A stretch of DNA of 64,000 nt. It comes from Hemiscyllium ocellatum. Its lineage: Eukaryota. Position 1 is the first letter of the stretch. Each line of letters starts with the position of its first letter. A program made the translations under genes and the position numbers. Shown here piece by piece: positions 1 to 12,621 of this stretch. The stretch is taken from contig NC_083416.1 in NCBI RefSeq assembly GCF_020745735.1, forward strand, positions 36,853,131 to 36,917,130, in the 5' to 3' direction. The notes beneath the pieces were generated by a model that was not told where the DNA came from, ran no database searches, and saw only the letters and a program-made list of their open reading frames with translations.

Positions 1-82
1 ATCATATGCCGAGCGTAATCAATCATGTCTCTGGAGAGGGTATTCTTCTTTACTTCTGGGATGTTTGCTTCTGCTTCAAGCC
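1..82 (-). CDS. NOP16: NOP16 coding exon 4 (truncated by window edge)
   Basis: tatag acceptor; GLEAEANIPEVKKNTLSRDMIDYARHM matches NOP16 LEAEASLPEKKGNTLSRDLIDYVRYM. Confidence 0.93.
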
Positions 83-250
83 CTATAATGGGGAAAGGTT
101 TAGAAACAGTTTATATTTTACTTTGCTAAATTTCAAATTCACAAAATTAAGCAAGACCATCTAATATATTGCCATATGTGCATGTTTGAACATCACTTTT
201 GTTGTTACCTAGACTTTAAGTTCTGAAGCATATTATCCCAATAGAAGTCA

Positions 251-435
251 TGATTTGGAGATGCCGGTGTTGGACTGGGGTGTACAAAGTTAAAATCACA
301 TAACACCAGGTTATAGTCCAACAGGTTTAATTGGAAGCACTAGCTTTCACCTGATGAAGGAGCAGCGCTCCGAAAGCCAGTGTTTCCAATGAAACCGGTT
401 GGACTATAACCTGGTGGTTGAGAGATTTTTAACTT
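251..435 (+). mobile_element. Miniature palindromic PLE pLTR (family A) with minimal hammerhead ribozyme
   Basis: Imperfect inverted arms ~287-348 and 372-435. The loop holds CTGATGA (351-357) and stem GGAGC/GCTCC, then GAAA. The left arm carries an extra tail. Confidence 0.8.
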
Positions 436-961
436 CGTAAAATTCACAGCTGACCTTGGAGGAATCTGTGTGGGAGAGCACACAGCACAGGAGCTGGTAA
501 GTGTAACCTTGCTGTAAATGTACAAGAGGGAGTAGAGTGGTCCTTTCTTGACTAAGATCTGTCTCTTCAGTAAATTTTGGAAATATAAACCATAAGCACT
601 AAGTTAGCCAGGATTACTTCCTTTTTCAGAGTATTAAGATGCTGCTATTTTCTGGGTTTGTAGATTGAGAAGGAGCAGAGATGTCCTTTATAGAACCAAG
701 TGCTCTTCCTGTTGAATATGCAAGTTTAAGGAGTGTTTTCATGTTACTGATTATTATGTCTGCAGGAAGTGTCTTTAATTGTGAATCCAATCAGATCGTA
801 TGGATCAATTGGAGTGGCAGTTAAAAGCAATAAGGAATTTATAAGACCTCAGGGATGTGATGGATGGCAGGTTTAGGAAGAGAGAAAAGCTGCAGATACA
901 GTCAAGTAGATGGGAGATAATGAGGAATGTTATGAAGTTGAAAGCATGAACTGTACCTATA

Positions 962-986
962 AGAGAGAGAGAGAGAGAGAGAGAGA
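962..986 (+). repeat. (AG)n microsatellite
   Basis: About 12 AG units. Confidence 0.9.
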
Positions 987-1712
987 ACGTGGTTCGGAAG
1001 TGAGAGATTACAAACACCTGTGAGATGACTAGAGTTTACTGGAAAATTGAAATTATGTAACATTTGGCTGTGAAAGGGATACCTGAGTTTTGGTTGCTGT
1101 TTTGACAATAATTTGACCAATCAAACTTAATTTATGCCCCAGGGTACTAAAACCGAATTGAGTTTGAATTTTTTGCCAACATTAAACCATCGCCATGATC
1201 TGATATTGAGGTTTTAAAATGCTGACATTTTGAAAATTGGATAGAGAGCAAATGCCATCGAGACAGAAAAGCCTGGAGATCTAATATCTTGCTCTCCAAG
1301 AAATTACGAAAACACTCTGTACCAAAGGTACCTTTTCATTTGAAACATACTTGCAGTAAAAAGCAAAAAGACAATCCAGGGAGATCTTCAGGCGGAAGAA
1401 AGACACAGAAGATCACAGCTGAATAAAGTTGATGCAATTTTACTAAGTGTCTCATTGGAACAGTATATTGTTATACATTTGGAGGTAGATAAGAAGCAGT
1501 TAAGAGAAAGGGGGCTTAGAATTGTGAATAGCTGTTTAGTGTTAGAGATTACGAGGCAAGGAGAACTTTCTAGGTGTTTGGCTTCATGTAATAGAGGGAT
1601 TCACCTCCCTGTCGTAACAGGAAAGAGATTAATCAGCGACTGGCAGAGTTGGGAAAACAAGCAGGTCATATAGTCAGGGCTATCATGTACAAAGCAGAGA
1701 ACAAGGTAGGAC

Positions 1713-1978
1713 TGGCTGTGAAGAGTTTGCACATTCTCCCCTGTCTGCGTGGGTTTCCTCTAGGTGCTCCGGTTTCCTCCCACAGTCCAAAGATGTTGCA
1801 GGTTAGATGGATTCGCCACGCTAAAAAATTGTCCGTAGTGTTCAGGAGTGTGTAGGTTAGGTGCATTTCTCAGCAATAAATGCAGAGTAGTAGGAGAATA
1901 GGTTTGGGTGGGTTACTCTTCAGAGCGTCAGTGTGAACTTGTTGGGCCAAATGACCTGTTTCCAGACTGTTGTAATTC
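1713..1978 (+). mobile_element. 5'-truncated HE1-like V-SINE
   Basis: V-domain gagtttgcacattctccc..tgtctgcgtgggtttcct.. and a tail resembling the CR1 3' end. Confidence 0.8.
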
Positions 1979-3635
1979 TTTTAAAAAAGAAACTGCATTT
2001 ATTTCAATGCCAGAGACCTCATAGGGAAGGCAGATAAACTCAGAGCATGGTAAGGAACATGGGACTGGGATACGATTGCAATTACAGAGACATGTCTCAA
2101 CCACGGACAGGACTGGCAGCTTTAGGTTCTAGAATACAAATGCAATAGGAAGAACAGAAAGTGGGGGCGAGAGAGGAGGGGAATGACATTTTTGATAAGG
2201 GATAGCATTATGGCTGTATTTAGGGAAGATATTCCTGGGAATATATCCAGGGAAGTTGTTTGGGTGAAACTGAAAAATAAGAAAAGGGATGATCACCTTA
2301 TTGGGATTGTACTATAGATCCCCTAATAGTCAGCAGGAAATTGAAATCTCCTTACAAAATTGTTTCTCAAATATCTGTTAAGAATAATCGGATGGCTATG
2401 GTAAGAGATGTTATCTTTCCAAACATAGACTGGGATTGGTATGGTGTTACGGGTTTAGACAGAGAGGAACTTGTTAAGTGTGTGCAAGAAAATTTTCTGA
2501 TTCATTTTATGGATGTACCTACCAGGGAAAGGTGCAAAACTTGATTTACTCTTGGGAAATAAGGCAGGGCAAGTGACGGTGATGTCAGTGGGGGGAGTAC
2601 TTAGGGGCCAGCGACTATAATTCTAGTAATTTTAAAATCGTGATGGAAAAGGATAGACCGGATCTAAAAGTTGAAGCTCTAAATTGGAGAAAGGTCAATT
2701 TTGACAGTATTAGGAAAGAACTTTCAAAAGTTGATTGCAGCAGAAGTTGCAGGCAAAGGGACGAATGGAAAATGGGAAGCCTTCAAAAATGAGATACCAA
2801 AAGTCCAAAGACAATATATTCCAGTTAAGGTAATTTGGTTAAGAAAAAGAAGAAAACATATGTCAGATGTAGACAGCAGAGATCGAGTGAATCCTTAGAG
2901 TATAAAGGCAACAGGAATATACTTAAGAGGGAAATCAGGAGGGCAAAAAGGGGACCGGAAATAGCTTTGGCAAATGGAGTTATGGAGAATCCAAATGTTT
3001 TTACAAAGGACAAAACGGTAAACTAGGGAGAGAACAGGAGCACCTCAAAGATCAGCAAGGCAGCCTATGTGTGGAACCAAAGGAGATGGGGGAGATACTA
3101 AATGAGTACTTTGCATCAGTGTTTACTGTGGAGAAGGACATGGAAGACATAAAATGTGCAGAAATAGATGCTGATATCTTGAAAAATATCCATAATACAG
3201 AGGTGGTGCTGGATGTTGTAAATTGCATATAGGTGGTAAATCCCCAGGACCTGATCAGGTGTATCCTAGAATTCTGCGGGAAGCTAGGGCAGTGATTGTT
3301 CGCCTTTTGCTGAGATATGTGTATCATCGATAATCACAGATGAGGTGCCGGAAAACTGGAGGTTGTCTAACATGTTGCCGCTATTTAAGAAAAGTGGTAA
3401 GAAAAAGTCAGGGAACTATAAACCGGTGAGCCTGACAATGGTGATGGACAAATTGTTGGAGGGAATCCTGAGGGACAGGATTTACATGTATTTGGAAAGG
3501 CAGAGAGTTAAAGGGATAGTCAACATGGCTATCATATTGGAAATCATATCTCTCAAACTTGATTTGAGTTTTTTGACGAAATAAAGAAGAGGATTGATGC
3601 TGGCAGAGCAGTGAAAGTGATCTATAGGGACTTCA

Positions 3636-3728
3636 AAGTTAAAAATTACATAACACCAAGTTATAGTCCAACAGATTTACTTGGAAGCACTAGTTTTCAG
3701 AGTGCTGCTCCTTCAGCAGGTGGTTGTC
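3636..3728 (-). mobile_element. 93-bp solo PLE pLTR fragment (family A) with mutated hammerhead
   Basis: 12-bp TSD ATAGGGACTTCA (3624-3635 / 3729-3740) inside a CR1 RT; core reads CTGCTGA..GAAAACTA. Confidence 0.85.
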
Positions 3729-4888
3729 ATAGGGACTTCAGTAAGGCATTTGACAAGGTTCCTCATGGTAGACTGGTTAGCAAGGTTAGATTTTATGGAA
3801 TACAGGGAGAACTAGCTCGAAGGTCAAAGACAAAGGGAGGTGGTGGAAGGTTGCCTTTCAGACTGGAGGCCTGTGACCAGTGGTGTGCCACAAGGATCGG
3901 TGCTGGGTCCACTGCTTTTCATCATTTATGTAAATTAGTTGGATGTGAACACAGAAGCTATAGTTAGTAAGTTTGCAGATGACACCAACATTGGAGGTGT
4001 AGTGGACAGCGAAGAAGATTACCTCAAAGTGGGCCAATGGCTGAGGAGTGGCACATGGAATTTAATTTAGATAAGTGTGAGGGGCTACATTTTGGACAGG
4101 CAAATCAGAGCTAGACTTATACACTTAATGGTAAGGTTTTGGGGAGTGTTGCTAAACAAAGAGACCCTAGAGTACAGGTTCATAGTTCCTTGAAAGTGGA
4201 GTTGCAGATAGATAGGATAGTGAAGTATGGTGTACTTTCCTTTTTTGGTCAGAACACTGTTTTGGAGTTAGGAGGTCACGTTGCAGCTGTACAGAACATT
4301 GGTTAGGCCACTTTTGGAATATTGTGTGCAATTCTGGTCTCCCTCCATCAGAAAAATGTCATGAAACTTGAAAGGATTCAGAAAAGATTTACAAGCATGT
4401 TGCCAGGGTAGACGGTTTGAGCTATACCTGATGCTGTTTTCCCTGCAGTGTCAGAGGTTGAAGGGTGACCTTATAGAAGATTTTACAAAACCATGATGGG
4501 CATGATCAGGTAAATAGACAAGGTCTTTTCCCTGAGGTGGGGGAGTCTAGAAGTAGAGAGGGTGTTGGTTTTGGGTGAGAGGGAAAAAATTTAAAAGGGA
4601 CCCAAGGGGCAACGTTTCCACACAGAGGGTGGTGCATGTATGGAATGAGCTGCCAGAGGAAATGGTGGATGCTGGTAAAATTACAACATTTAAAAGGCAT
4701 CTGGATGGGAAAATGAATAGGAAGGAAGGGTTTACACAGACATGGGCCAATTGCTGGTAAATGGGACTAGTTTAGATTCGGATAGCTGGTTAGCATGGAT
4801 GAGTTGGACTGAAGGGTATGTTTCACATCTCTGACTCTATATGGTAGTACTAATAAAGAATATATAAAATGACAAATTAGATACAAAC

Positions 4889-4955
4889 CATTGATAACAT
4901 ACGGCTTAATAACAACTGGCTTCTCATTTATCGAGGCAGTTTCCATTTTATGTTC
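4889..4955 (-). CDS. NOP16: NOP16 coding exon 3
   Basis: ttttacag acceptor; EHKMETASINEKPVVIKPYVIN contains the conserved KPYV motif; 67 nt, GT donor in phase 1. Confidence 0.9.
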
Positions 4956-6789
4956 CTGTAAAACAAATTAAACAGAGGCAACAAAAAATAATTTGTACAC
5001 TTTGTCATTGTGAATCTGCATTATAAACTAGACAAACTAGTACTTGTAAGCATAAGACTTCAAATTATTGGGAATAAGTTAACAATATTAATATAGGTGA
5101 AAGTCACAGCTAATTTGCAGACAAAAACATCCACAAAAAGGAATGACATGAATGATTAGTTACTTGTTTTGGATAATGTTTGCTCATGTAAAACTTTTGG
5201 ATCGGTCAAAGGAATTCTCAGGTTTCTTGAACTGTCACCTGAACTGGAGGTGGAGGCCTGATTTGAAGTCTTACTGGCAGATCAACATTTCTTACAAACA
5301 AGCAATTCCTTGACAACAGGAAAAGCAGACTGAAGTTTTACTTCAGTACTTGCAATCAATCCAGAGGCAGGTGCGTTTGCAATTAAACCAAGTCAACATT
5401 AACAGTGGATCACATTTAAAAATTCAAAAAGCAAGTCGGTCTAGCTGCACCTAGAATGACATTTCCTCAGAACTACATTAAAGACAAGATCTTTAATAAG
5501 ACTTATTGATAAATTTTCAGCACTCATAACATGTACAAGCCCGTTAAAGCCACAGTCCAGCTTCAGACAGCCAATATGCCACACCGATTTGGAGAAAGGT
5601 TATAACCTAAGGGATTGATAAAGGAAGAGAACAAATCTTCCATGTGCACGGATATGAACTAGCTTGGGGAATTTAAAAAAAATGTTTAATTATCCATGAA
5701 TCTGTTTACTTGGGATGGAATATCATTAGAAGCAGTTATTTTTTAAAAAATAAAGTGACTCATGAATCAACCAACAATCACTGATGCCCATGGAAAGTAG
5801 TATATTTACATTACCTTTAAGTAAAGCTGGTATAACGGTCCTCATGAAGCAGAGAAACTGGTTAAAGAAAGTGTTCTCATTTTGCAATACATTCAACAAC
5901 ATGGCCGAGTTGTTGGGAGTACAAATGAGAGAAACTAGCTTAATCATCTACCTATCATCTTTTAGGAGAAACCAAAGCTAGACCTTTCCCCTCAAAATGT
6001 TGAGAGGATAGCTTCAAAAAAAAGAAAAAAAAACTGAAGGTCGGGCCTATCACTGTTTAATGTCAGATCTACATTTCCCTAGCTGATTTCATACCAACAT
6101 CATAAATTTATTCAACATAAAAATGTTCACAGCAGAAAGGCCCAGATCCCCAGCGAACTGCTGCCTCTTTACCTGCATTACAGCCATTTCACTGGGTTAC
6201 CAAGGAAAAATAGTATTTAGCTTGAGGAAAGTGTAGTAACTGACCTTAAGTACTTCCATTACATCTTCAACAAACAGCTATCAAAGCCTGGACTAGGCTG
6301 ATCTTCAACCTTTTACTGACCCTTTAAAACAGGTATCTCACAATCTCCTCTAGTTTTGCAGCGGTATTCCCATTTTATACCCAGCCTTCATGCAATGGAA
6401 ATTGTAAATCACCATTGTCCCAGAGGACCAAAATTAGTTTCTTTAGAGAGAAGATAACTGTTGGTGAGTTTAGCCTCAGTCACCGTGCCTCTGACAAGGG
6501 AAGAGATCGAGTAGGTAAAGCCTATTCGTGACATCAGACAGAACAAAAATTAATCCTGTATTGTTGGTGTCACTCTGCATTGTGAATCAGCCAATCCCCT
6601 AAGTGTCAGGCATTCAAAAATTAGCAACATAAGCATGAGACTGTAGCTCAGAAGATTTTCTTCATCTTAGGGACAAGTAATAAATCACTATGTAGATTAC
6701 GCAGTCAGGTCATCATGAAGTGATGTCCACATTTTATGATTACTACAAAGATTTCAGGAGTATTTCAGTGAATAAGTAAGTCAGAGAAG

Positions 6790-7200
6790 ATAGCAAGAGC
6801 TTGTTTACATGTATAAAAAGGTACAGAGACAGGCCAAAGTAGACACAGGGCTCTTACAGAATGAGTCTGAGGAAACAATAATGGGAGAACCAGGAAATGG
6901 TAGAAGACTTAAATTAACATTGCATCAATCTTCACAGTAGAAGATGCTAACAGCACTCCAAAATTATGAAATAATCAAGGGGTAAAAAGGGGGAAGAAAA
7001 ATAAATACAATAACTATCACCAGAGCAAAGGTACAATGAAAACTAAATCAGGCTAAAGATCAATATGTCCTCCGAGCATCGTCGGATATTCAAAAGAAGT
7101 AGTTACTGAGATACTGTATCACTGGCAGTAGTCTTCCAAAAACCTTACATTCTGGAAAAGTCCCAGAGGATTGGAAAACTGCTAATGCAATACCTTTTCA
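6790..7200 (+). mobile_element. CR1-clade LINE fragment (continues at ~11870-12480 after the Gypsy insertion)
   Basis: VPEDWKTAN-type motif here; DFQKVFD and IAKFADNT motifs in the downstream part. Confidence 0.7.
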
Positions 7201-7618
7201 GAGTAACCTCATTTGGATAATCAAGGTTCCTCTGCATTTATAAAGAGAAAGGGTTTAAAAAATTACTTTTATAATCAATTAGATTTGAGCCCTCACTGAT
7301 TTTACATTATTTTAATTTTATTCTTTTGTCAATTTGGGTTTGGAGCTGTGAACTGTAAGCTGCCAGGTAAAAACAACTTCTTGACTGTGTCTAATAGCTT
7401 GTGTTAAGAGGAAAACAGACCACAGAAGCTAATTTCAGATTAATTTCTGATCAAAAGGTTCTGCTGATACTTGGTCACTGGGGAAGAATTTTGATAGTGG
7501 ATAAGAGTGTTAAAGGCTGGGAATACTTACGATACTCTCAGATAAATTATTCTCTTAGAAGAATTTAGAATTTAGTTACCTTTCATAATCAGAACTCATG
7601 TAGAAGACCAAAAGAGTA

Positions 7619-7702
7619 GCTGCAAATGTGTTGCTGGTCAAAGCACAGCAGGTTAGGCAGCATCTCAGGAATAGAGAATTCGACGTTTCGAGCATAAGCC
7701 CT
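7619..7702 (-). mobile_element. Short young Neptune-type pLTR fragment (family B)
   Basis: Matches 29413-29496; truncated within hammerhead stem II. Confidence 0.85.
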
Positions 7703-10417
7703 AGCAACAAGACAAGCAGGTATAATGGCTGAAGATTACGAACTGATTCATGAAATTTTTTTCTGACATCCCCCACAAATTTGATAAGAATAAAAAGTGG
7801 GAGAAAGTGAAGGAAAGGCAGGTAGCCAGGGTAGATAACGAACAGAGAGAATGCCCAAGATCTCCTTTTCAAATTAATAAGGAAATTGCTGAGGTGGAGG
7901 CGATATTCAGAAGCTTAAATATTTTTATTGTAATAAGTTGAGCCATGTCTATTCAGAATTTTGGAAATTGTGAAGAGGGACTTAAAGAAGTTAGTAAAAT
8001 GAGAAGGGTCAAGGGAACACGAGAAGGGAACACCACAGACCAGGCTGTAGCTCAAACTATAAATGAAAAGACCAGAGGTGAATTCAGTTATTCATAAAGA
8101 AACGTGCAAGGTAGATAAGAGGTATGGAGGATTTTTGTTGAAAGAAAAGGCGACTCCTTTTTCTTCGGGTGTGGGAGCTAAACCTATAACCATACTAAGA
8201 GATACAGGGGCAACACAATTAATTTTATTAGAGAAAGACATGGTTTTCCCTTCACATAGTTCAATGGGGACTAAGTTAAAGAGATTGGTGGAAAATATAT
8301 TCCAGTTCCATTATATAAAATTTCAACTGGAATGTAATTTGTTATCTGGAGAAGCAGTTCTTGGAGTAGTAAAAGAATTCCTTCTGGGTAATGATTTGGC
8401 AGGACTATGGGTAGTAGCTCCATTCATAATTACAGAATGTCCAAACGAGGTACAAGAACCAGAACAATTACAGGAACAGGTTCCTGATATCTTTCCTTCA
8501 CGTGTAGTAACCAGGGCAATGGTTAAAGAAAATCTGTGAAAAAGGGTTGATGTGACACCACAAGCAAATAAAAGGATAGCTGAAACCTTCATAAAAAGTG
8601 AAGATAAACCAGATGGAGTGTTTGTGCTGTAATTAGAGACATCATACCAAAAAACAGATCCTCAATTATATAATTAACAGTCAGGCTCGACTAAGGTAGA
8701 AGCTGAAGAGGTTCCTGTCTTAAGGATGAAGTGCTAATGAAGAAGTGGAGCTGCACTCACAGATGAGGAATGGTTGATTGTGCATCAGACAGTGGTACCA
8801 CCTAGCTATTGTAGAGAAAATAAGAATGTACAGTTGTGTCAAGTACTGAATGTTGTAGAGGCGGATGTAAAGCAAGATTGTCAGCCAAGGAGAAAAAGGC
8901 AATTTATGAACTTCCTACTAATAGATTACCAAGTTTGGAAACATTAGAGAATTTAATCACTGTATTTTCATATCTGGAGAAAGACAGAGCGACATAGTGA
9001 TGTTGCTCAGAAAATATAATTATGTGTGCTAAAAATATACCTGGGTGTACCACATTTACTGAACTTAACATTAATGGAGATATTTCATACACAATAAAAC
9101 AAAACCCATATCGGTTAAAGACAGAAAAATCCAAAAAAAAATTACAGAGGAAACTAATACAAGTTGGAGAATCAATTGATTGAACCAAGCCAGACTAGTT
9201 GAAGTTCTCCTGTAACACTGATTTCTAAACCAGAAGGTTCAATGACATTATATGTAGACTGCAAGAAAGTGAGTGCAGTCACAAAGATGGTTTCATACCC
9301 TATTCGCAGACTAGAAGGTTGCATTGATAGGGTTTGTATTCCACCATCCTTATGTAAAATTGACTTGTTAAAAAGGATAATGGTAAGTACTGTTGGAGAC
9401 AGCTAATAAAAAGACCGCATTTGTCACACCTAGGGATTGCACAATGTCAGATTATGCCATTTGTATTTAAGAACGCCCCAGCCAGATTTCAAAAAGTATG
9501 GAAGCTTGTTGTGGATGAAGTACTTCATTTTGCCGTTTACTTGGATGATATCAGAGTATATAATACCACATGGAAGGAACATATTTACAGTTAGCAGGGA
9601 CGGTGTTAAATCTAGCAAAAAGTGAATTTGTAAAAGCCAAGGTGACATACTTAAGACATGTTGTAGGTCAAAGGCAGGTGTCACCCAAAACAGCAAAAAT
9701 AAAATCTTTAATTGATTTTCCCACCGCTAAAATAAAAGTGAAGATTATAAGGTTCTTGGGAATGTGCAGATTTTATCAAAATCCACACTGAATTTTAGTA
9801 CAATAGCTAAACCTTTTTATTTGCTTTAAAAACAAATGTAAGATCTTATGGTCTACAGAACACCAGAAAGTTTTGAAAAGCTAAAACCAATTTAAAGAGT
9901 GAACCTGTGTTAACTGCACCTGACTCTGACAAATAATTTAATTTTAGCAGCAGATGCTAGCCATTTAGGAATGAAGCATTTCTCTTCCAGGATAACAAGA
10001 TTGGAATGGAGAAGCCCACAGATTATTTTTCAAAAAAAGTTGAACCAGTTTTGGAGGTGGCATTCCAAAGGAAGCACTGGCTGTGAGAATAGCTCTTCAA
10101 TACTGATGTTTACGTTCTACATGGCAACTTCGAAACTGTGGTGTTTATAATTGACTTTTATTGATAAATTTAAAAATTAAAAAGTGCAAGACTCCAGGAT
10201 GGTTCAGCTGGAGTTCATATATGCAGCCTTTTAATATACAATCTATATGTATTTCCAGGAAAGAAAATACAACTGCTGATGCCATATCCTGAATAAAAAC
10301 TATTGTAAATTTGAGAGTTTGATGAAGGAAGTTGAATAACAATTAAGATTCTGATGGGAGGAAGACTGAAAGTTGAGAGTTGTGTGTTTTGTTTGATATT
10401 TAAATGTTATTGACCTT

Positions 10418-10761
10418 TAGGGTGTAGGTTTGCTCACTGAGCTGTAGGTTTGATATCCAGACATTTCATTACCTGGCTAGGTAACATCATCAGCGGTGAC
10501 CTCCAAGTGAAGCGAAGCTGTTGTCTCCTGCTTTCTATTTCTATGTTTGTCCTGGATGGGGTTCCTGGGGTTTGTGGTGATGTCATTTCCTGTTCGTTTT
10601 CTGAGGGGTTGATAGATGGTATCTAGATCTATGTGTTTTTTTGGCGTTGCGGTTGGAGTGCAAGGCCTCTAGGAATTCTCTGGCATGTCTTTGCTTAGCC
10701 TGTCCCAGGATAGATGTGTTGTCCCAGTCGAAATGGTGTTTTTTTTCATCCGTGTGTAGTA
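10418..10761 (-). mobile_element. 5'-truncated Penelope/Poseidon-type PLE 3' end with hammerhead
   Basis: GIY-YIG C-terminus (FDWDNTSILGQAKQRHAREFLEA); hammerhead at 10460-10493; 11-bp TSD TTATTGACCTT (10407-10417 / 10762-10772). Confidence 0.88.
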
Positions 10762-11869
10762 TTATTGACCTTGTCATGGAATTCCTTTATGTTCCAAAAT
10801 ATAAATGCATGGATTGAGTGTGGAGGCATGTTTGAGTCCTCGTTGATTTTTCATTTATTTTGTTTTATTCTTTTATCAATTTTGGTTTGGAGCTGAGAAC
10901 TGAGGATTGTTGGTAACAGCTTGTGTTAAAAAGAAAGTAGGCTAAACAAGCTTTTGTTTATTTGAGAGGCCAGGCTTGCAAATTATCAGAAATCAATCTG
11001 AAAATAAAAGGTTCTGCAGACACCATTGCCAGGGAACAACATTATGTTCAAACAGATAGCAGAGTGTGGCTAGTAATGAGGTCAGTACATTTGGTTCCAG
11101 CAAGTCTGGAAAAGATTTTACTGTCAGAGATGGTAGATGTTCAATGCAAGGTTTGTGAAGGTTTGTTCAATGTTAATGAGGACCTCTTGGAGGAGTCTGT
11201 CAGCCTGTCAGGGAGTGGTCAGAGTTTGAATTGGGCTTTGGACTTCTGGGCTTTGTAATTTCAGGGAAAATAAATCTTGCTGTTGATGCTACGGCAATGA
11301 GATTCGATAGCTCCCTGCTTAAATTCTCATTAGTAGCTTTTGGAAGCAAAGAGAGTAGAAAATTAAGTTTCAAGTACTGTATTGTATTTATTTGAATAAA
11401 CTGTGAAAGGTGACCCTGATCTACACCTTCAGAAAAATAAACAATAAACCATCATCAGCACTTATGGAACAATGCATAGTGAAAACTATTTAAGTAATCT
11501 TGGCAGTCTTGTTATTTTCTTTTATTTTATCCCGTAACTGTTATTGTTTGACTGTCCATTTTCAGCACCATTCACACAAAAGATAAAAGGTTTTTGGACT
11601 TTAGCTTAGACAAATTAGATTACTTTGTTGTTTAATTTTACTAAAGTTACTACATTGTTAATAAATTGCTAAGTCTTTTGTTTAATACAAACCAGTGTTT
11701 GGAATTGTTTATTTGCAAAGTATCAAATAGGTATTTAAATAAGCCTGATTAGGAATCGGGCGACATCAATTCTGAGGGTATGTGAAAGTTCTAATTTTAC
11801 CGTGTTACAAATATAGAGGTAGAAAAACTGGTGTGGTTTAGCTGTCTGTCTCCATGTCATAATGAAAAG

Positions 11870-12480
11870 ATGTAATAGCAGAGCATTTAGAAATACGTTG
11901 TATTATCAAGCAGTGTCAGAATGCCTTCACAAAAAAGAAATCACGTTTGACGAATTAAAAGTTCTTTGCAATGGTAATAAGCAAGATAGATATAGGACAG
12001 TCAGTGAATATAATAAATTTGGATTTCCAGAAGGTATTTGATGAAGTTTCACCTTAGGTTACTTAATTAGATAAGAGCCCCTGGTATTAGAGGTAGTATA
12101 TTAGCATGGATAGAGGACTGTCTAACGAATAACCGACAGAGTTGGCATGAGGTGCATTTTCAGCGGTAATCCCTCTGGCAACTTGTAACTAGCAAAGTAG
12201 CCACACTTATTTACAATATATATTAATGACTTGGATAAAGAAAGGTGAAAGTGTTATTGCCAAGTTTGCAGATAACACAGAAATAGGCAAGAAGGCAAGT
12301 GCCAAAGATGACAAGAGTCTGCAGAGGGATAGACACTATATTCACTGTATTTTCATAAATATATGTAATAATAAATTGCTATTTAGACAGGTTAAGCAAT
12401 GGAGGTAGATATTTAGCAGAGCAGATATGATAGCCTGAATGGCCAAATTTTGTTATATTATTTCATGGTCTTATTGTCCT
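11870..12480 (+). mobile_element. CR1-clade LINE RT fragment
   Basis: DFQKVFD and IAKFADNT motifs, degenerate. Confidence 0.7.
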
Positions 12481-12512
12481 TAGTTTTTAAGCAAAATCAC
12501 AGTTGTACACAC

Positions 12513-12621
12513 CTTGTTCTTCTTAATGGGAATGGCACGGTTTGGGTCGGATGCTATACCCATGTCAGCCATATTCTGAGCAACTGTTCTCTTGTTGTCC
12601 CATGCTTTTCTTATCAGTGCA
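12513..12621 (-). CDS. NOP16: NOP16 coding exon 2
   Basis: tttttaag acceptor; (C)ALIRKAWDNKRTVAQNMADMGIASDPNRAIPIKKNK; GT donor; 109 nt, phase-compatible with exon 1. Confidence 0.95.

Larger units (their letters stand above)
440..4840 (+). mobile_element. Degenerate near-full-length CR1-clade LINE (HER1-like) with nested insertions
   Basis: Fragmented endonuclease/RT frames (FPNIDWD, DFSKAFDKVPHGRL, KFADDT) and a CR1 3' tail ending ...tctctgactcta. Interrupted by a SINE and a PLE fragment. Confidence 0.8.
7240..11808 (+). mobile_element. Degenerate Gypsy/Ty3 LTR retrotransposon (Gmr1-like domain order)
   Basis: Protease ILRDTGATQ (ORF 8063-8539), RT YLDD at ~9538, RFLGMCRFY, RNase H ending GKENTTADAIS*. 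Direct repeats ~7290-7480 vs ~10840-11030 as LTRs; right end ...TTACA. Confidence 0.8.

Noticed and set aside
1019-1619. Possible solo LTR (TGTGA...TAACA with internal AATAAA) inside the CR1 5' region
   Set aside because: No TSD, imperfect termini and no second copy in the window; not supportable.
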